Of a stretch of 64,000 bases of DNA, positions 44,856 to 56,953 are shown in pieces; position 1 is the stretch's first letter, and each line of letters opens with the position of its first letter. The notes beneath the pieces were generated by a model. That model was not told the origin of the DNA. It was given only the letters and a program-made list of their open reading frames with translations, and made no database searches. Made by a program: the position numbers and the translations under genes. Source of the stretch: Schizochytrium sp. TIO01. Taxonomy: Eukaryota > Protista > Bigyra: Labyrinthulomycetes. The stretch spans positions 186,001 through 250,000 of the forward strand of contig SMSO01000032.1 of the NCBI GenBank assembly GCA_004764695.1, given 5' to 3'.

Positions 44856-45875
44856 ATGACGGAGGCGGCACTGGAGCAGGCGCGGCTGACTGCGCAGCGG
44901 CTGCGGGAGATCAGAGCCTCGCCGCTCCTGAGACCGTACTGGCAACGCGAAGAGACAAATTTTGGTGTCTTTGATCAACCATTTGCGAGCATGCCGCTGC
45001 CAAGGGTCTGCCTCTGCGACTGCGACTGCGGCTGCAAAAAACCACGACACGTAGCCACTCAGACATGGGTCAATGAAGGCACGCAGACGGGGCCAACACA
45101 GTGTTTTGCACCTCACTGGGAAGATAAATTCAGGCATGAAGACGGAGAATCGAGGATACTAGAACCCTCAAAGGCTTATGACAAGACGATGATGGGCACT
45201 TCAACTTTTCAGGACATAAATAACGAGGATCAAACACTTAGGAACCATCGACCAGGATTTAGTCAGCCTAGTAATATAATTTCGCCACATAATCCGAGAT
45301 GGAGATCCACCACGGAGGAAAAGAAAAGCGAACTGAGATTCAATAACACGAATGAAGGCAAAGAAGAACTTCATATGTACACACCTGGATGTCAATCAGT
45401 CGACGAGGGAAGTGATCAAGAGGACTATGGAGGACCAATGAGAATCCAAGCTGGGGATCAACATTATACAACACTCAGGGTTTCTCCTTCTGGATCACTT
45501 GATATCATAGTCAGAACAGAAGATGGAGGTGAGGAGGCCTACGAAGTCAAACATATTGCAACTTCACCTGGCAAACGATCAATGCACGCGCCTGCATCGC
45601 CTCATAAACCCCAGAAACAGACACCTGTCATTCATGATACTCCAGATCTGAAACGTAATCAGCGGACCCGAACTTCTCAGAAGAAAATAGGTCGGGAAAA
45701 ATACGAAACTCACAAACCCTCTTCAGGGGGGCGTCGAGAAATGAAGGGGCATTATCGTGATGTTGTGCAGTTGTCACCCCTCAATTTTGATTCCATCACA
45801 GATGAGGACCTTTTACAACTTGAAGTAGAAGTTCTTCGTCGCCACGAGCGTCTCCGACGCATTCTTGAGCATTAA
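44856..45875 (+). CDS. Hypothetical 339-aa largely disordered protein
   Basis: ATG-initiated ORF with a small Cys cluster (CLCDCDCGC) and a C-terminal helix; no family recognised. Confidence 0.7.
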   Translation: MTEAALEQARLTAQRLREIRASPLLRPYWQREETNFGVFDQPFASMPLPRVCLCDCDCGCKKPRHVATQTWVNEGTQTGPTQCFAPHWEDKFRHEDGESRILEPSKAYDKTMMGTSTFQDINNEDQTLRNHRPGFSQPSNIISPHNPRWRSTTEEKKSELRFNNTNEGKEELHMYTPGCQSVDEGSDQEDYGGPMRIQAGDQHYTTLRVSPSGSLDIIVRTEDGGEEAYEVKHIATSPGKRSMHAPASPHKPQKQTPVIHDTPDLKRNQRTRTSQKKIGREKYETHKPSSGGRREMKGHYRDVVQLSPLNFDSITDEDLLQLEVEVLRRHERLRRILEH

Positions 45876-46653
45876 ACAACATATGCGCCTTTCGATTCTG
45901 TTTTTGAGAAATAGAGGAATTTCGGAGAATTCTATTATTGCGTACTTTAAAACTGACGTCGTTCTTCATGACAGGACCATACCTCTAGAATTGTCTTTTA
46001 TTATACGTCGTCGGTCTCCTGCCCTGTACCATATAAAATGATACCTAAATCATGCATTATTCATTATTCTAATCGGTCCTAATTTATTGTTGGATGCCTA
46101 ACTTGCGCCTCAAAGAAGCTGTCAGTCCCAATCACTTTTTCTTTCACGTAATGAACCAGGCCTGGAGCTAGCAATCACTGCATCATCATAAAACAAGATG
46201 AATCCCACAACAAACCGTTCGTGGCAAATCAACCCAGTCGGTACCACTAATAGTAAACCCATATTCGTCAAAACTAAGCCCATCGAAGGCCACATGAACA
46301 CAGTTGAATAGTAGCTACTACGCGAATTTATCCCGTCCCATTCGGGCACATGAATAATGCGTACCTACCCTTGGTTACTAAGTAGCCTCTGTCGGTCCCG
46401 TGCACGCTCCTCTAAGGCATCCTAGATGCACTCCTAGCGTGACAAGCCCTCAGTGTGAAAGGAGATTAAGTCGAATAGTTGAAAAGGAGCAAATACACAG
46501 AAGTTCATAGTAAGTAATAAGTGAACAAAAACTCGAAACTAAGCAATCGAAGTAAAAAAAAGAGGCGGTGGTCTTGAAGCTATAAAAGGAAGAGCGAAAG
46601 AAGAAGAATTGGCAAGAATGCTGGAGCCTGAGCAAAGAGCAAAAGCTTAAGCC

Positions 46654-48444
46654 ATGGAGGTGAGGGGCATCTGCTTAGATGATCAGACAAATCGCGACGG
46701 CGTCTGGACAGATGGAGCAGTCCAGCTGTCCTGTGCTGAGGTGGCTCGCAGGGCTGGAGATGGAGTAGCTAATGTACCTCGTGCTACACAGAAGCTGGAG
46801 CCAAGCATGACCTCAGTCGCGAGCTTGGAGACAGGCACTTTAACGACGGCTCCTTGCGTGTGCTCTACGAGCCTGAGGGCTTCTTCAGAAAACACGCAAG
46901 AGGCGGAGCGAGGACATCCACGAATTGCAGTGCATCGAAGAAATAGTAGAGAAAGCACTGCAACAAGCAGCAGTAGTAGCAGCTCCTCGAGCAGCAGTGA
47001 TGAGGAGGAGGATGCTGAAGAGTTCCTGCGGTACAAACCGCTATCAACTCGCCAGGAGCAAAGAGCCTCTCTAAACTCTTGGAAGAGAGACTACGGGAAA
47101 ATGAACCCTCTGAAAGGACTTTATCAGAACGGTGCGCCCTTACATGTTGGACAGGAAAACATTCATGATCTTAATCTCCACGACGAGGGCCAAGATGGAT
47201 ACTTCCTGAGCAGCGGTATGCTGATCAGCAGCATTTTTGGACAAGGAGAGAACTCTCAGGAGCAATCAGTACCTATGATGGCACCGGCATCAGATCTGAC
47301 AGAACCCACAAGCAGTAGTGGCGCGTTTCCTTTGAACGTGTCTCCTGAGTCTAGTACTATTGAGTATGAAAAAGTTCTCGAGCTGGAAGCACCTGTGCCT
47401 TTGGCGATCCCAGTGCAAGCAGAAGCACCAGAGGCTAAGGATGAGAGCTACTGTAAAACTTCTGGTCAAAGGGAAGAAATGCAAACGCCTGTAGTTGAGG
47501 AATACTCCAATTTTCTGGAAACGATGGCAGACCCCTTGTTGCTACCTCTCGAAAAGGAAGTCGAACAGTTCGTTAACCAACAACGAGTACGGTACTTTGA
47601 GTTTATTTCGAAAAGAAAGTCTGGGCGGCAGCCCCTTGAAACTGACGAAGTTATCCTTTGGCAGGCGTTAGACTCACATGTATCAGACTTTGCAGCTCAT
47701 ATGAACCTGAAAATCGTTCGCCACCCTTCATACAAGCATGCCTCGGAAGAGACTCAAGCTTTGATGTGTGAAGGGATGGAGCAACACATTCTTGCAAAAT
47801 TATATGACATCATTTTTGCGCAAAACCCGGCAGAAATTAGGCACGCAAACCAAATGCAGGAGTTGTTCTCTGCTTTGCGGCATTTTGTGACTCCCGAGCA
47901 GCTAGAGGTGCCCGAATGTTGTCGCAGTGATGAGCTCTTGCTATCGGTGCAGAACCAGCTTGCTCGCATGGCTTTGTATAAATTTCCAGCAGGTAAGCTT
48001 CAATGCATTGTGCAAGCAAGCTCGCTTGTGATGGAAAGCTTGCTTCACTGTGCTAACACCTCGTTGGCAAAGCCTGACAACGGCATCGATCTAGCGTCTT
48101 TAGGAAGTGAAGAACCTGAAAACACCCTTCCAGTTGCAGATTTTGCAATTGAAGATACTGAACAAAGCACTTCTTCTACGCATGTCCAGGTCCGTAGTGC
48201 AGGAGCTGATGATTTCTTTCCAGCATTTTTGTATGCGATCATGCATTCTAATATTCCTACATTGTGGCTCGAGATGGAGTTCATCCGCAAGTTCCGCAAC
48301 CCCAGTAGTCTCTGCATATCTCAATCTGGGTATTTCTTTGCTAGTTTACAATCTGCAGTGGAATTTCTCGAACACCTGGATCCAAAGTATCTTGGGATGA
48401 CTCAGAGTGAGTTTGATCAAGCCATGAAGGAAGCTACACACTAG
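46654..48444 (+). CDS. VPS9-domain Rab5-family GEF
   Basis: YKFPAGKLQCI, catalytic-type GADDFFPAFLY, SNIPTL..EMEFI..F and GYFFASLQSAVEFL, preceded by a Rabex5-like helical bundle (EGMEQHILAKLY). Confidence 0.92.
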   Translation: MEVRGICLDDQTNRDGVWTDGAVQLSCAEVARRAGDGVANVPRATQKLEPSMTSVASLETGTLTTAPCVCSTSLRASSENTQEAERGHPRIAVHRRNSRESTATSSSSSSSSSSSDEEEDAEEFLRYKPLSTRQEQRASLNSWKRDYGKMNPLKGLYQNGAPLHVGQENIHDLNLHDEGQDGYFLSSGMLISSIFGQGENSQEQSVPMMAPASDLTEPTSSSGAFPLNVSPESSTIEYEKVLELEAPVPLAIPVQAEAPEAKDESYCKTSGQREEMQTPVVEEYSNFLETMADPLLLPLEKEVEQFVNQQRVRYFEFISKRKSGRQPLETDEVILWQALDSHVSDFAAHMNLKIVRHPSYKHASEETQALMCEGMEQHILAKLYDIIFAQNPAEIRHANQMQELFSALRHFVTPEQLEVPECCRSDELLLSVQNQLARMALYKFPAGKLQCIVQASSLVMESLLHCANTSLAKPDNGIDLASLGSEEPENTLPVADFAIEDTEQSTSSTHVQVRSAGADDFFPAFLYAIMHSNIPTLWLEMEFIRKFRNPSSLCISQSGYFFASLQSAVEFLEHLDPKYLGMTQSEFDQAMKEATH

Positions 48445-49211
48445 AGAATTCTTTACGCGTAAAGGATATGTAAGGCATAGTCAGTCCTTACATTCTTATA
48501 CCTACTCTGACCCATCAAATCTGTTGAATAACTTTGTTCATATTAGCACGTGATGAGAATTGTATTTTGTTTTTGTTTTTAACATATTAATATATGGTGT
48601 ATACATGCAACGCATCTTAATCAATCTGTGCCCAAGAAAAGAAATGTTCTTTTATTTTCCATCCTTGCTCGATTCGGCATAATCATGAAATGATAAGAGC
48701 AACCAAGCCTGCAAATCCTTTCTTCTGGGTCCTTCCTTCTAACAAATAGGGAACACCTCAACTACTTCTTATTATTTGCGGCACCCCATCAATAAAAAGT
48801 TTGCTACAGAGAGACGTTTACAGATATTATTTGAGATGCAGTAAGTCCAGTAAGTGCTCACTTAATAACTGCTCAGCGAGCGGCATGTGCCTTATACAAG
48901 ATTATGGTTCTTTGCAGTGCTAGGCCTGATGATATGTCGATATTAGTTATTTTTAATGCGATATCATTCATTTTTTTTAAGGTTTAAAAGGATAAAACCA
49001 GATCAAATTCGAGCACACTACGAATAAAACTATCTTCGAATAAGTTCCGAATGTTCTTCTTCGTGAGGGTTAACTCATCATCAGTGGCACTAGTAACATC
49101 CAAAACCCTATGGTATGTCATGAACTAGAATATAGGAGAAAACAACAACGACAACAACAACATAGACCAAACAAAGACAAAGCAAAAAAGTTCTAGCAAC
49201 AATATTTAAAA

Positions 49212-52031
49212 TTAGGGCTCAAGGAGTTGACGGTGACGGAGTTCCATGGCGACATCGCGGTGAAGAGAAGTATAAACCTTCTCCCACGTTCCTGCCGATT
49301 TGTGAAACTGTTTGCAAGTCTCAAGAGCCATAGCACTAGCTTGAGACAAGTTTGGGGAAGAATGCACGCCAAGAGCCACAAGCATGTTCGCAAGGTAAGA
49401 GAAGCCATCGCGCATGCCAGCAGGGTTAGCATTGATGCATGCAAAGAATCCCTGAATACAATCATCGCGCTCATCGTCGGGGACTTCAGAGTCTTCTTTA
49501 CCCATACTCTTAAGAATAATGCACCAAGGACGAGCCACATCGCCAAGGTGCGGGGCCACCAAGTCGGCGCCCTGAATTGCAAAACGGCCAAGGGTGATTG
49601 CTGCGTTGAGGCGGATACGGTCTTCAAGGTTCTCGTTCTGGAGCAAAAGAACCACACGAGCAACAGGTTCTTGAGCAATGGAACGAAATCCCGTACCAAG
49701 CTGTTTTGCCAAGTGGCCAAAAGCCCATACGGCGTTGCTTACGACGTGAACAGAAAGCAAGTCGTCGTCTGGCTCGGTGAGGCAGCGGGTCAGAATCTGC
49801 ACAAACTGCGGGAGGATAGGCTCCATAGCGCGCGGCATGACCTTAATAAGCTCGCCAGAAAACTCAATAACAAGCTGCAATGTAACATCGTCGTGGACCT
49901 TGAATAGATGTCTAAGCAACGAGAGAAAACTATCAGGATCCCAGAGTTCAGCAAATCCGTTACCGAGACCCTCGACGAAGGCAGTGAGCATTTCGATTGA
50001 GTTGTACATAAAGTCCTTTTCAATATCGTACGGAGAGAGTCCGTGGTCCTCGCAAGTCATAAGGATGGTGAGCGTTTCTTCAATCCAGGTCATGCAGCGA
50101 TTATAGAGCGGGACAGCAGCAGGGCCGATGGCTGGACCAACAACGCGTTCCATGTAGGCGAAAGTTTCGAGAAAGTTTAGAGCAAATGTATCAGTAGGTT
50201 TTACTGCTTCGAAGTCGTTCCAAAGCACAGGCAGGATACAGTTCACAACTGACTGTTGGCGCATGGCGTCTGGTACAGAATCGTATAATGTAGCAATGAC
50301 ATCGAGCATGGACTTCTTGCTGTTTACTTGGTACATAGAGTACGAACGCATGAGCTCTTGGACCATATCGAATACAAACTCGTCAATCTGGGAGCGAGCA
50401 TACTCCACAAATGAGCTCAAACTAGAGCACGCTGCGTGCTGAACATTCTTGTTACGGTCAGCAGTGGTGCCAGCGAGCACGAGGATGTACTCACGAACGA
50501 GGCCATCTCCGGGCTGACCCGTGCCGTGAACGCTGACCACCCACGCGGAAAGCTTGCTGAGAGTCCAGAGCGCGGTGATTCGCAACGGAGTCTCGCCGCT
50601 TTTGGCTTGCTGCAAAAGAAAAGGAACAAGACTCGGCATGTGCGGTCCGAGGTCATCGTGGTATGCCTCGCCGACAGCGCCAAGTGCCATGACAGCGACC
50701 TCACGGACACGCCAGTCATTCGATGGCTGGAGGCCATTCTCAAGCAGCGGTACCAGTGTGGGCAGAACTTGGGCCCCGTCAAGAACCTCTGAGATAGAGT
50801 TGAGCGCTCCTCCTGCAGATTTACGGATGGTCCAAATGTTGTAGTACTTCTCGTCTTCTTCATCTCCATCTTCGTCTTCGTCTTCGTCATCGTCGCCTGC
50901 TCCACTGCCCTCGCCGTTGCTCTCGTTTTTGTTGTCTCCGTCAGCGTCTACACCATGCACGCTAGGTCTAATATCTTGTCTCCTATCAGGAACGCTTGTA
51001 TCGTTCTCCTCATCATCATAGCCCAGCATCATGAGCTCCTCGTCGTCATATGCCATTCTTCTCAAAAGTGCTGGAAGCAGTCCTTCAAGATGCGGCTGCA
51101 CTGCTCTCTGTGCAATTTGAGGTTCTTCGCAAACCTCGTTCCAAAAATCGCATGCCTCAAAGGCAACATCTTCGTCATTGTCGTTCACGGCGCTCATCAT
51201 AAACGCTGAAATAGAGTCAAGATGTTGTGCCAAGATATCGAATCTGCATCCTGCCGCCAGCAGCGTAAGTCCCCTGCAGACCTCCTTCCGCACTCCTGAA
51301 TCTTCGTCCTGAGCCAGTCCAGACCAGAGACCAAGAAGATCTTCAGCTCTTGTAGAGACCAGCGCTGGGACAGGGTCCAAAGCCATGAGCTGGTTCACGC
51401 ACTGGAGTGCCAAGACCCTGTACTTCGCCACAGGATTTTTGCACGTTTGCATAATGATAGGCAGAAATGTTACCAGAAAAGGTCCCGAAGCCTCCTCGTC
51501 AGCAATCTGATCTCCACCTTCGTCGCAGAGCTCTTTGAGGAGCTCCAAAGCACCTGCAAATGCGACTTCATCTTGGTTTTGAGACAAAGCTGCGTGCATG
51601 TACTGAAGTAATTCTGGCCAAGATTTGAGACCTTGGAGGACAGCAAGCGTAGATGCGAGTGCCATAGCTGACCTGCGGAGGGCAGGAGTAGAAGATGAGA
51701 GTTCTTGAAGCACACTGCGTTGGACTTGAGCGAGGCCTTCGTCCGAAGCAACGGAGCTGCGAACAGCGACGCGAACAGCCTTAAGAAGCACGAGACCTGC
51801 CATTTGACGCTGTGACTCTGAGCTGCCCAGAGGAGCGGACTCGGCGAAGAGGAAACTCAGGTATCGAACGAACTCGGGACGGTGAGCAAGAAGATCCACC
51901 TGCTGCTGGATGTTGCGGTGCTCTTCGTTTGAGAGGCCGGCGCGTTGGGATGCCTCGAGCAGCTGCATTAGCTGATGCAAGGTTGCCTCATCAGGCACCC
52001 AGCCACCGCCCAGGCTGCTCGAGAGCGACAT
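49212..52031 (-). CDS. TNPO1: Transportin-1 / karyopherin beta-2
   Basis: N-terminal W.PDE; VAFEACDFW; acidic H8 loop VPDRRQDIRP...DDDEDEDE; WTIRKSAGGAL; D.NKNVQHAACSS; SNAVWAFG; NAAITLGR. Confidence 0.92.
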   Translation of the reverse strand: MSLSSSLGGGWVPDEATLHQLMQLLEASQRAGLSNEEHRNIQQQVDLLAHRPEFVRYLSFLFAESAPLGSSESQRQMAGLVLLKAVRVAVRSSVASDEGLAQVQRSVLQELSSSTPALRRSAMALASTLAVLQGLKSWPELLQYMHAALSQNQDEVAFAGALELLKELCDEGGDQIADEEASGPFLVTFLPIIMQTCKNPVAKYRVLALQCVNQLMALDPVPALVSTRAEDLLGLWSGLAQDEDSGVRKEVCRGLTLLAAGCRFDILAQHLDSISAFMMSAVNDNDEDVAFEACDFWNEVCEEPQIAQRAVQPHLEGLLPALLRRMAYDDEELMMLGYDDEENDTSVPDRRQDIRPSVHGVDADGDNKNESNGEGSGAGDDDEDEDEDGDEEDEKYYNIWTIRKSAGGALNSISEVLDGAQVLPTLVPLLENGLQPSNDWRVREVAVMALGAVGEAYHDDLGPHMPSLVPFLLQQAKSGETPLRITALWTLSKLSAWVVSVHGTGQPGDGLVREYILVLAGTTADRNKNVQHAACSSLSSFVEYARSQIDEFVFDMVQELMRSYSMYQVNSKKSMLDVIATLYDSVPDAMRQQSVVNCILPVLWNDFEAVKPTDTFALNFLETFAYMERVVGPAIGPAAVPLYNRCMTWIEETLTILMTCEDHGLSPYDIEKDFMYNSIEMLTAFVEGLGNGFAELWDPDSFLSLLRHLFKVHDDVTLQLVIEFSGELIKVMPRAMEPILPQFVQILTRCLTEPDDDLLSVHVVSNAVWAFGHLAKQLGTGFRSIAQEPVARVVLLLQNENLEDRIRLNAAITLGRFAIQGADLVAPHLGDVARPWCIILKSMGKEDSEVPDDERDDCIQGFFACINANPAGMRDGFSYLANMLVALGVHSSPNLSQASAMALETCKQFHKSAGTWEKVYTSLHRDVAMELRHRQLLEP

Positions 52032-52709
52032 CGCTCAATCGAGCAGAATTACGAAAAGCCTACTCCGTGTATGTTAAGGACCAAGAAGAATGTCCGCTCA
52101 CGCACACGAGCGGAGTAGAATTCAAGAACTTGTTGATTTGATTAAGTTGTACAGTTCTTTTCTGACCACCACTAATCACAAGCGCGCCAGATAAACCAGA
52201 ACATAAAGGAGAACGCATAGTAGCTACTATGATAGCACCTAGCAGTAGTATCTAATTTATAGAACGCTCACTTTTAAAAAGGACGTCCATTCTTCTACTA
52301 TTTGTACTTTGCAAGATGCAGAAAGAAAAGAACGCGTTCTTTGGATTGATGTTCTAATTGTTCTGACTGTTCTGTTCTGGATTAAGATCATGATGTGTTG
52401 TTCTTTTGAAGGATTGAGGTCAAGCGCGACTAACCATGACATGAAGACAATTTTTCATGATTGATGAATACATGAAAGTATGAGAGCTTACTCCTGATCA
52501 CGTGTGTCCTGATATTGGGTGTTGAAAGTAGACCCGTCATTCATTGCGCACTGGCTGCCGTTGCTCGTGTCGCGGTTGCTCTTTTGTGCTGTTGCAGAGG
52601 TTTGCAGCTCCTGTAGGAAAAGCTTGGTCAGAGAGGAGCGCACAGCAGAACAGAAAACGCCTTTCTCGAGAGTTAGAGACCGATAGTTTTCTAATCAGGT
52701 GTAGAAGAG

Positions 52710-53452
52710 ATGACTGCTGCAATGACAGAAGATAACTCTGTAGCGGTGGAGACTACGGCTCAGAGTGGCGCTGAAAGTTCTGTCCAAAAGACGAAAGTAA
52801 AAGCTACCGATGCGGTGGACTCTTCGAGGGATGCGGCAGCTGCGGAAGACTATGTGAGGTTCATGCGGAGAGAACTATGTCCAGTAGAGATGATCAACCC
52901 AGACGGCACCCTCAACGACACGTACTTTCAGCCCAAATCAGATTTGTCTGGAGTTGAGTGGGACGAAGGCTCCCTTGAGGAGCTCTACAAAGGTCTGGAG
53001 GAAATAGGTGTTGGTGAATGGGCTCGTATCAAGGCCAAGTATCTTCCCATCTGGGTAAGTTGACCGTAATCGGAGACAGTGCACGAGCATATAGCACCAA
53101 TCCTTTCAGTGTTTACTCTTATCCAAGACTCAATGTATGAAATTAAATTAAAACCAATACCAAGATCAACAACAGGTGAGTATACTAACTTTCAGAATCG
53201 CATTTGGGCCGCCGGAATACACAGGATGACCTTGCGATTCGATTCAAAACATGCTTGCTCCTTGGCACGCAGGACCTCTCTAGTTTTGAGGGCAAAAAGA
53301 TGACTCGCGACGAATTGGCTGCCGCGCGTGCCCAGAACAAGGCAGAGGCCCAGGCGGACGGGAATTGGCACTTTGGTGTGAAAGTTAGCAAGGAGTTTGG
53401 TCTGCAATATAAGAAAACACAGGTATCTACTGTACCCGTCTCTTCAACCTAA
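52710..53452 (+). CDS. Small SANT/Myb-like domain protein; exons 52710-53054 and 53225-53452 (190 aa)
   Basis: WDEGSLEELYKGLEEIGVGEWARIKAKYLPIW|DDLAIRFKTCLLLG. GTAAGT donor at 53055, TACTAAC at 53183, in-frame CAG acceptor ending 53224. Confidence 0.8.
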
Positions 53453-54042
53453 AATATCTTAGTGATGCGCCGTAAAATAGTATATTTTCCTCTCCATTAC
53501 CTTTTTATTATACCTGACAACGTGACTCTATTTTGATATATATATAACAGATTGTTTGAAGCAGTCTCCGGTTTTCTTCTTCAAAAGTTCATTTACCTCT
53601 CTTGCACTAATTCAACAGGATCAAACAATGCACTCAACACAAAGTAAGCGAGAATTGAGGGAAATCCATATCAGAACATTTGCCAAGCCCTAGTTGAATC
53701 TTTATGAGTATCTCATTAAAGAAAATCCAACGAGACCAAAAAAATATAAGAACGATACTCTTTAAAAACACCGCAAACATTTTTTTAATATATGAAAGAA
53801 TGTATTGAAGAAAATTAATTAAAAGTAACGCCACGTACAAAGGGTAAGAATTTAAGTGAGTGAATAACATATGTAGAAAGTGGTCGTATCTTATGCGAGT
53901 TTGCGCAGGATGAACGAAGAGCAAGTTCCACTCATCCTTTAGGGAGAGCCACCCTCAAGTAATGGAAACATTTGATAAAATAGTATGAGAGGGTTGAATC
54001 GCGGGTATCAGGTATCAGCAGGCAGCAGGCAGCAAGCACCAA

Positions 54043-55068
54043 TTATTGTACCATTTTAGCTGCTTTCATCGCCACCTTCGTAACAGTCGCTCTCACTGAT
54101 GCAGCAGCTGCTGCTGAACCTCCCAGACCCAATTCCATATCTTGTGTTATCTCCATTTGTTCTTCCTCCTTCCTCGCTTTATCCTCATGACGCTGATGTT
54201 CTTGCGGATTACATTCTCCACTCATAGTCGAAGCTACATCTCCCATTGGACGATCTCTCGATACCAACTCCGTGCCATTATTTTCATCTGCATTTGCGCC
54301 CTCTTCTATATCAGTGCTCTTCTTTATCTTAACCCCAATGGCTTCAGGCACCTTCTCCGCCACGATCTTGAAGACCTGTCGTACGTACTCCTCGGGGCCT
54401 CCAACTCCGTTATGAATTCCTCGTTTTTCTGCAGCGGCTCTTAGCGCCCTCATAACAGCTGCAGCCGCCGCAAGCCTTGCCAATCGTTGTACATACAGTC
54501 CCTTCGCGCCTGCAATTGCAGCGAAATAAGAAATGGCACTTGCAGGAGCTTTAACGATTGCAGATCTCGAGATCGCCATCGCGAAAGCCACAATCGCTGC
54601 ATCCACAGCTGCATCCTGGCGCAACCTCGACGCCATCAGACGCACAATATCAGCGCGGTGGGCTTCTAGAAGAGCTCGCTGTGCAGCAAGTTCGCGGCCG
54701 AAGTCACGGGCGAGAATCTCAAGTTGATGACGCTGGCCATCAACACGACGCTCAAGTTGGCCAATCGCGAGCTCATGTTCCTGTACAGCAGCACGAGCAT
54801 GGGCAAGAAGGGAGCCTTGAGCATCGGCCCGAAGTTGCAGATTCATGACTGCTTGCTCGCCGGCGTCTAGGCGAACATCAAGCTCGCGCTGACGCAAAGC
54901 AAGTCGAGCATTCTCACGTTGGTTTTGGAGTCCGAGGAAGATGCTCAAAGCGCTAGCGCGGGAGTTCATGAGAGCAAGATCGCGTTGAGAGCTCTGGAAC
55001 TCAGCAAGGGCAGAGACGAGAGCAGATCGTCGCGAGGATGATGCCGGGACGAGAGATTCGGAGGCCAT
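54043..55068 (-). CDS. Hypothetical coiled-coil protein with hydrophobic Ala-rich segments
   Basis: ORF open from 55146; first ATG (MASESLVP) at 55068. Coiled coil followed by putative membrane helices. Confidence 0.72.
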   Translation of the reverse strand: MASESLVPASSSRRSALVSALAEFQSSQRDLALMNSRASALSIFLGLQNQRENARLALRQRELDVRLDAGEQAVMNLQLRADAQGSLLAHARAAVQEHELAIGQLERRVDGQRHQLEILARDFGRELAAQRALLEAHRADIVRLMASRLRQDAAVDAAIVAFAMAISRSAIVKAPASAISYFAAIAGAKGLYVQRLARLAAAAAVMRALRAAAEKRGIHNGVGGPEEYVRQVFKIVAEKVPEAIGVKIKKSTDIEEGANADENNGTELVSRDRPMGDVASTMSGECNPQEHQRHEDKARKEEEQMEITQDMELGLGGSAAAAASVRATVTKVAMKAAKMVQ

Positions 55069-56953
55069 TGTGGCGGAGGAAACGTGAAGCAGGGAAGGCT
55101 TTGCCGGATTCCTCAAACAAGGTAAGGTTGTAGAAAAACGCACCAAAGACAGCGCACAGCACAGATATCGAAACCACAGGGAGACACCAGACGCCGTCTA
55201 GAGGAGGCTCACGCTGTCCTGGGCAGCCAGGTTCGTGGTCTTCTACAGTGAAGAGTTCCTCTTTCGCTCTCAGGTTTACGAGGACGAGCTCAGTCCGAGG
55301 CCTCCGAGGCGAAAAGCAAAAGAGGTGTACCCTAAGACAACCATTAAACACTCCTAGTGTACTTTCCTTTCTTCTTCTTTAGAAAAATGAAAAGAAAAAA
55401 TGAAAAATGAAAAGAATTACTACGTAAGTTTCTTTAACGTGAAAGTTTCAATCGTATGATAAAATAAGTTACTTTCTCATTCTTCATTTGTGATTCTTTT
55501 GCCTGAGCCATGATAGCAGGATTGGTATGGAAAAGGGTAGCAAGGCGATAGGTCCGGGGATGAAACGTCGAGTGCACAACGCATTTTAGAGAGATCTTGT
55601 GTTTTTGGTGTTGTTCTTGTACTTGCGAATGAGGACAGCCTGGGCTTGAGGTTTCCTTCGTTTGCGTTTGCTTTCGTTTGCGTCTCCTGTTCTTTGGACT
55701 AGCTTTACTCAAGGTGATTGCGTAGCTTGCTTATGGATGACAACTATCTTGAGGTGATTGAAAAGCTTAAGGTGATTGATTGCACAAGATGCAAAGAAAT
55801 GCGATGAGTGAAATGAAGGACTAGTAAGGGCGTGATAGAAATGCAGCTTACTTTATTTATTGATTGACGGAAATTCAAGAACGACGATCAAATTGGATTT
55901 CAGTAAGCGAACGATCAGTAGGGTTTCGTACCTATCACACTGGTTCGCTATATTATTATACTAAATACATCAATCAGTGCTGGGGAGGCCGGCTTCTCGT
56001 GGGGCCTCGGTTACATCTCACGAGGAGACTACCGTACGTACTGACACTTTGCTAACATCACACTTGCGCACGGAAAGGATTCAGGTACTTACTTGTTGAA
56101 ATGGTCCTGAGATGGAGGCCTATTAGCGCTGCGATAAAAGTTCTAGCAGCGAAACGTTTTCTCAGTTAACCAGAGCAATGCGCACATATGCTTACTCACA
56201 AAAAAAATATGAAAAAATGTCGTTCCGGTAAGATTGATGCTTGGTAAAATGAATGTCGGAGCCTGAAAATGGAGAATGTGATACCTACAACTTAAAGGCA
56301 AACATAACTTTGTCTGTGAGTGCACAAAGTAGATACCAACATTTAATCTAAAACGAGCGAAATTTTTGAACATTGGCCATTGATCTAAGTAGACAAAGAA
56401 AGGAAGAAGAAAATAAAGGTAAATTGGTTTATAGATAGGTATCTAGTAGGTTACATACATCCAGAAGGAAACGTGAAGACTAGGCAGCGCTCAAGTCCTT
56501 TGTTCTACTTGGAACAGCTCCAGCAGAGACCAATTCCACCCACTTCTAGAAATACCTCTCGACGCTGCTTTGGTATATCAGACTTCTGACCACCAAGAAT
56601 GGAATAACCTCCCCTTCCAATATTGTAGCTAGCCCGCTCTCGAATTATACATATATGTGTATAATATATGTATGCATGTTCTGCACTTGAACAAATGATA
56701 AACGATTCCTCGCAAAACTACACATGACTCATATAAGGATCCACAAAATATTTTCAGGCGTACTAGTGCCAATGATTGCACATAAGTACCCTCTCAAAAT
56801 CTTTTTGCGTTTGGAGGTCTCTACCACATATTAGTACGTACTTTGAGAGAGACAGCGCCCTTGCAGCAAATAGTCATAGGAGAGTTCAAGGGAGCTCTTT
56901 CGGAGGTTGTCGAAAAAACGATATTATCTACATTGACTGAGAAGCTCGATTTT

